A stretch of DNA of 63,037 nucleotides, the filler included, from Klebsormidium nitens (taxonomy: Eukaryota; Plantae; Klebsormidiophyceae): assembly GCA_000708835.1 (NCBI GenBank). It is 7 parts of 7 records of this genome, joined end to end, with 100 filler letters (N's around TTAATTAATTAA, not from the genome) between each part and the next. Parts side by side here need not be neighbours in the genome. Positions count along the whole stretch, not along the records: positions 61,353 to 63,037 come from DF237254.1; 6 more parts are not named here. One strand, given 5' to 3'. The translations under genes and the position numbers were made by a program. Under the pieces are notes generated by a model. That model searched no databases. It was not told the DNA's origin and was given only the letters and a program-made list of their open reading frames with translations. This document shows, in pieces, positions 62,538-63,037 of the stretch (within the stretch, counting starts at the first letter, position 1; every line of letters starts with the position of its first letter).

Positions 62538-63037
62538 ACACGAACTGTTCACGGGACTCAAACTTGACTATTTCTTCCCCTTTTCTGAACCACACGCGTC
62601 CGCGGTTGTCCTTCAGGACAGCTAGGCGGCGCTGACTAGTACTGACCCAACCTTTAAAAATATACGGACCCTCCCAATGAAGCTGGAAGCCACGGATAGT
62701 ACCGGGTTTCTGCATGAGAACGTAATCACCCTTGGTTAGTTTGTCTGCTCTAGCGCGGCGCTTACTATTCCAACGAGCATAATTTTCTTTCTGCCGGATT
62801 TGTGCTTGCTCGATCTGTAGTTTTGCTTGGTTTTGCAAAACCTTGATCTGAGCGACTCGTGCTTCATGGTGTTCCCACGACGAATCAACGGTCGACTCAA
62901 GAGGCAAAAGGTTAGGCCGAGGATAGAAGTGATCAGCCGGGATTATAGGCAAACGCCCATATGTGATCATAAAAGGAGACGTTTTTAAAGACTCTTGGTA
63001 AGAGGTGTTGTACTCAAAGAGGATGCTCTGAACGTGA
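62314..63037 (-). mobile_element. Ty3/gypsy integrase C-terminal region, element continues beyond the window
   Basis: FEYNTSYQESLKTSPFMITYGRLP...QAQIRQKENY...GDYVL...HWEGPY, the typical post-catalytic integrase and GPY/F region. Confidence 0.82.

Overview
Eukaryotic nuclear DNA with GT-AG spliceosomal introns, GC-rich exons and introns mostly 200-600 bp. The gene content (SGS3, ICP55-like peptidase, plant-type GT90, Chlamydomonas-type BTA1, hybrid histidine kinase) suggests a streptophyte/green alga such as a Klebsormidium-like species; this is inference. The left ~31 kb holds four multi-exon host genes: a soluble PAS-PAS hybrid histidine kinase (+), a GT90/CAP10 glycosyltransferase (+), an ICP55-like Xaa-Pro aminopeptidase (-) and an SGS3-like zf-XS/XS/coiled-coil protein (-). 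The right ~31 kb is a gap-rich transposon field: a retropepsin relic, a CRE-clade non-LTR element, nested MITEs, a decayed Ty3/gypsy pol, an APE-type LINE and a second gypsy integrase with an extra 3' ORF. This field also contains an intronless GT92-like ORF, an orphan spliced ORF and an intact betaine-lipid synthase BTA1. The most striking observation is the SGS3 homologue's ~500-aa N-terminus, which carries 11 GW/WG tryptophans, a PAM2-like motif and RGG boxes, a GW182-like motif combination on an SGS3 body. All exon boundaries were read by eye and no database searches were run.
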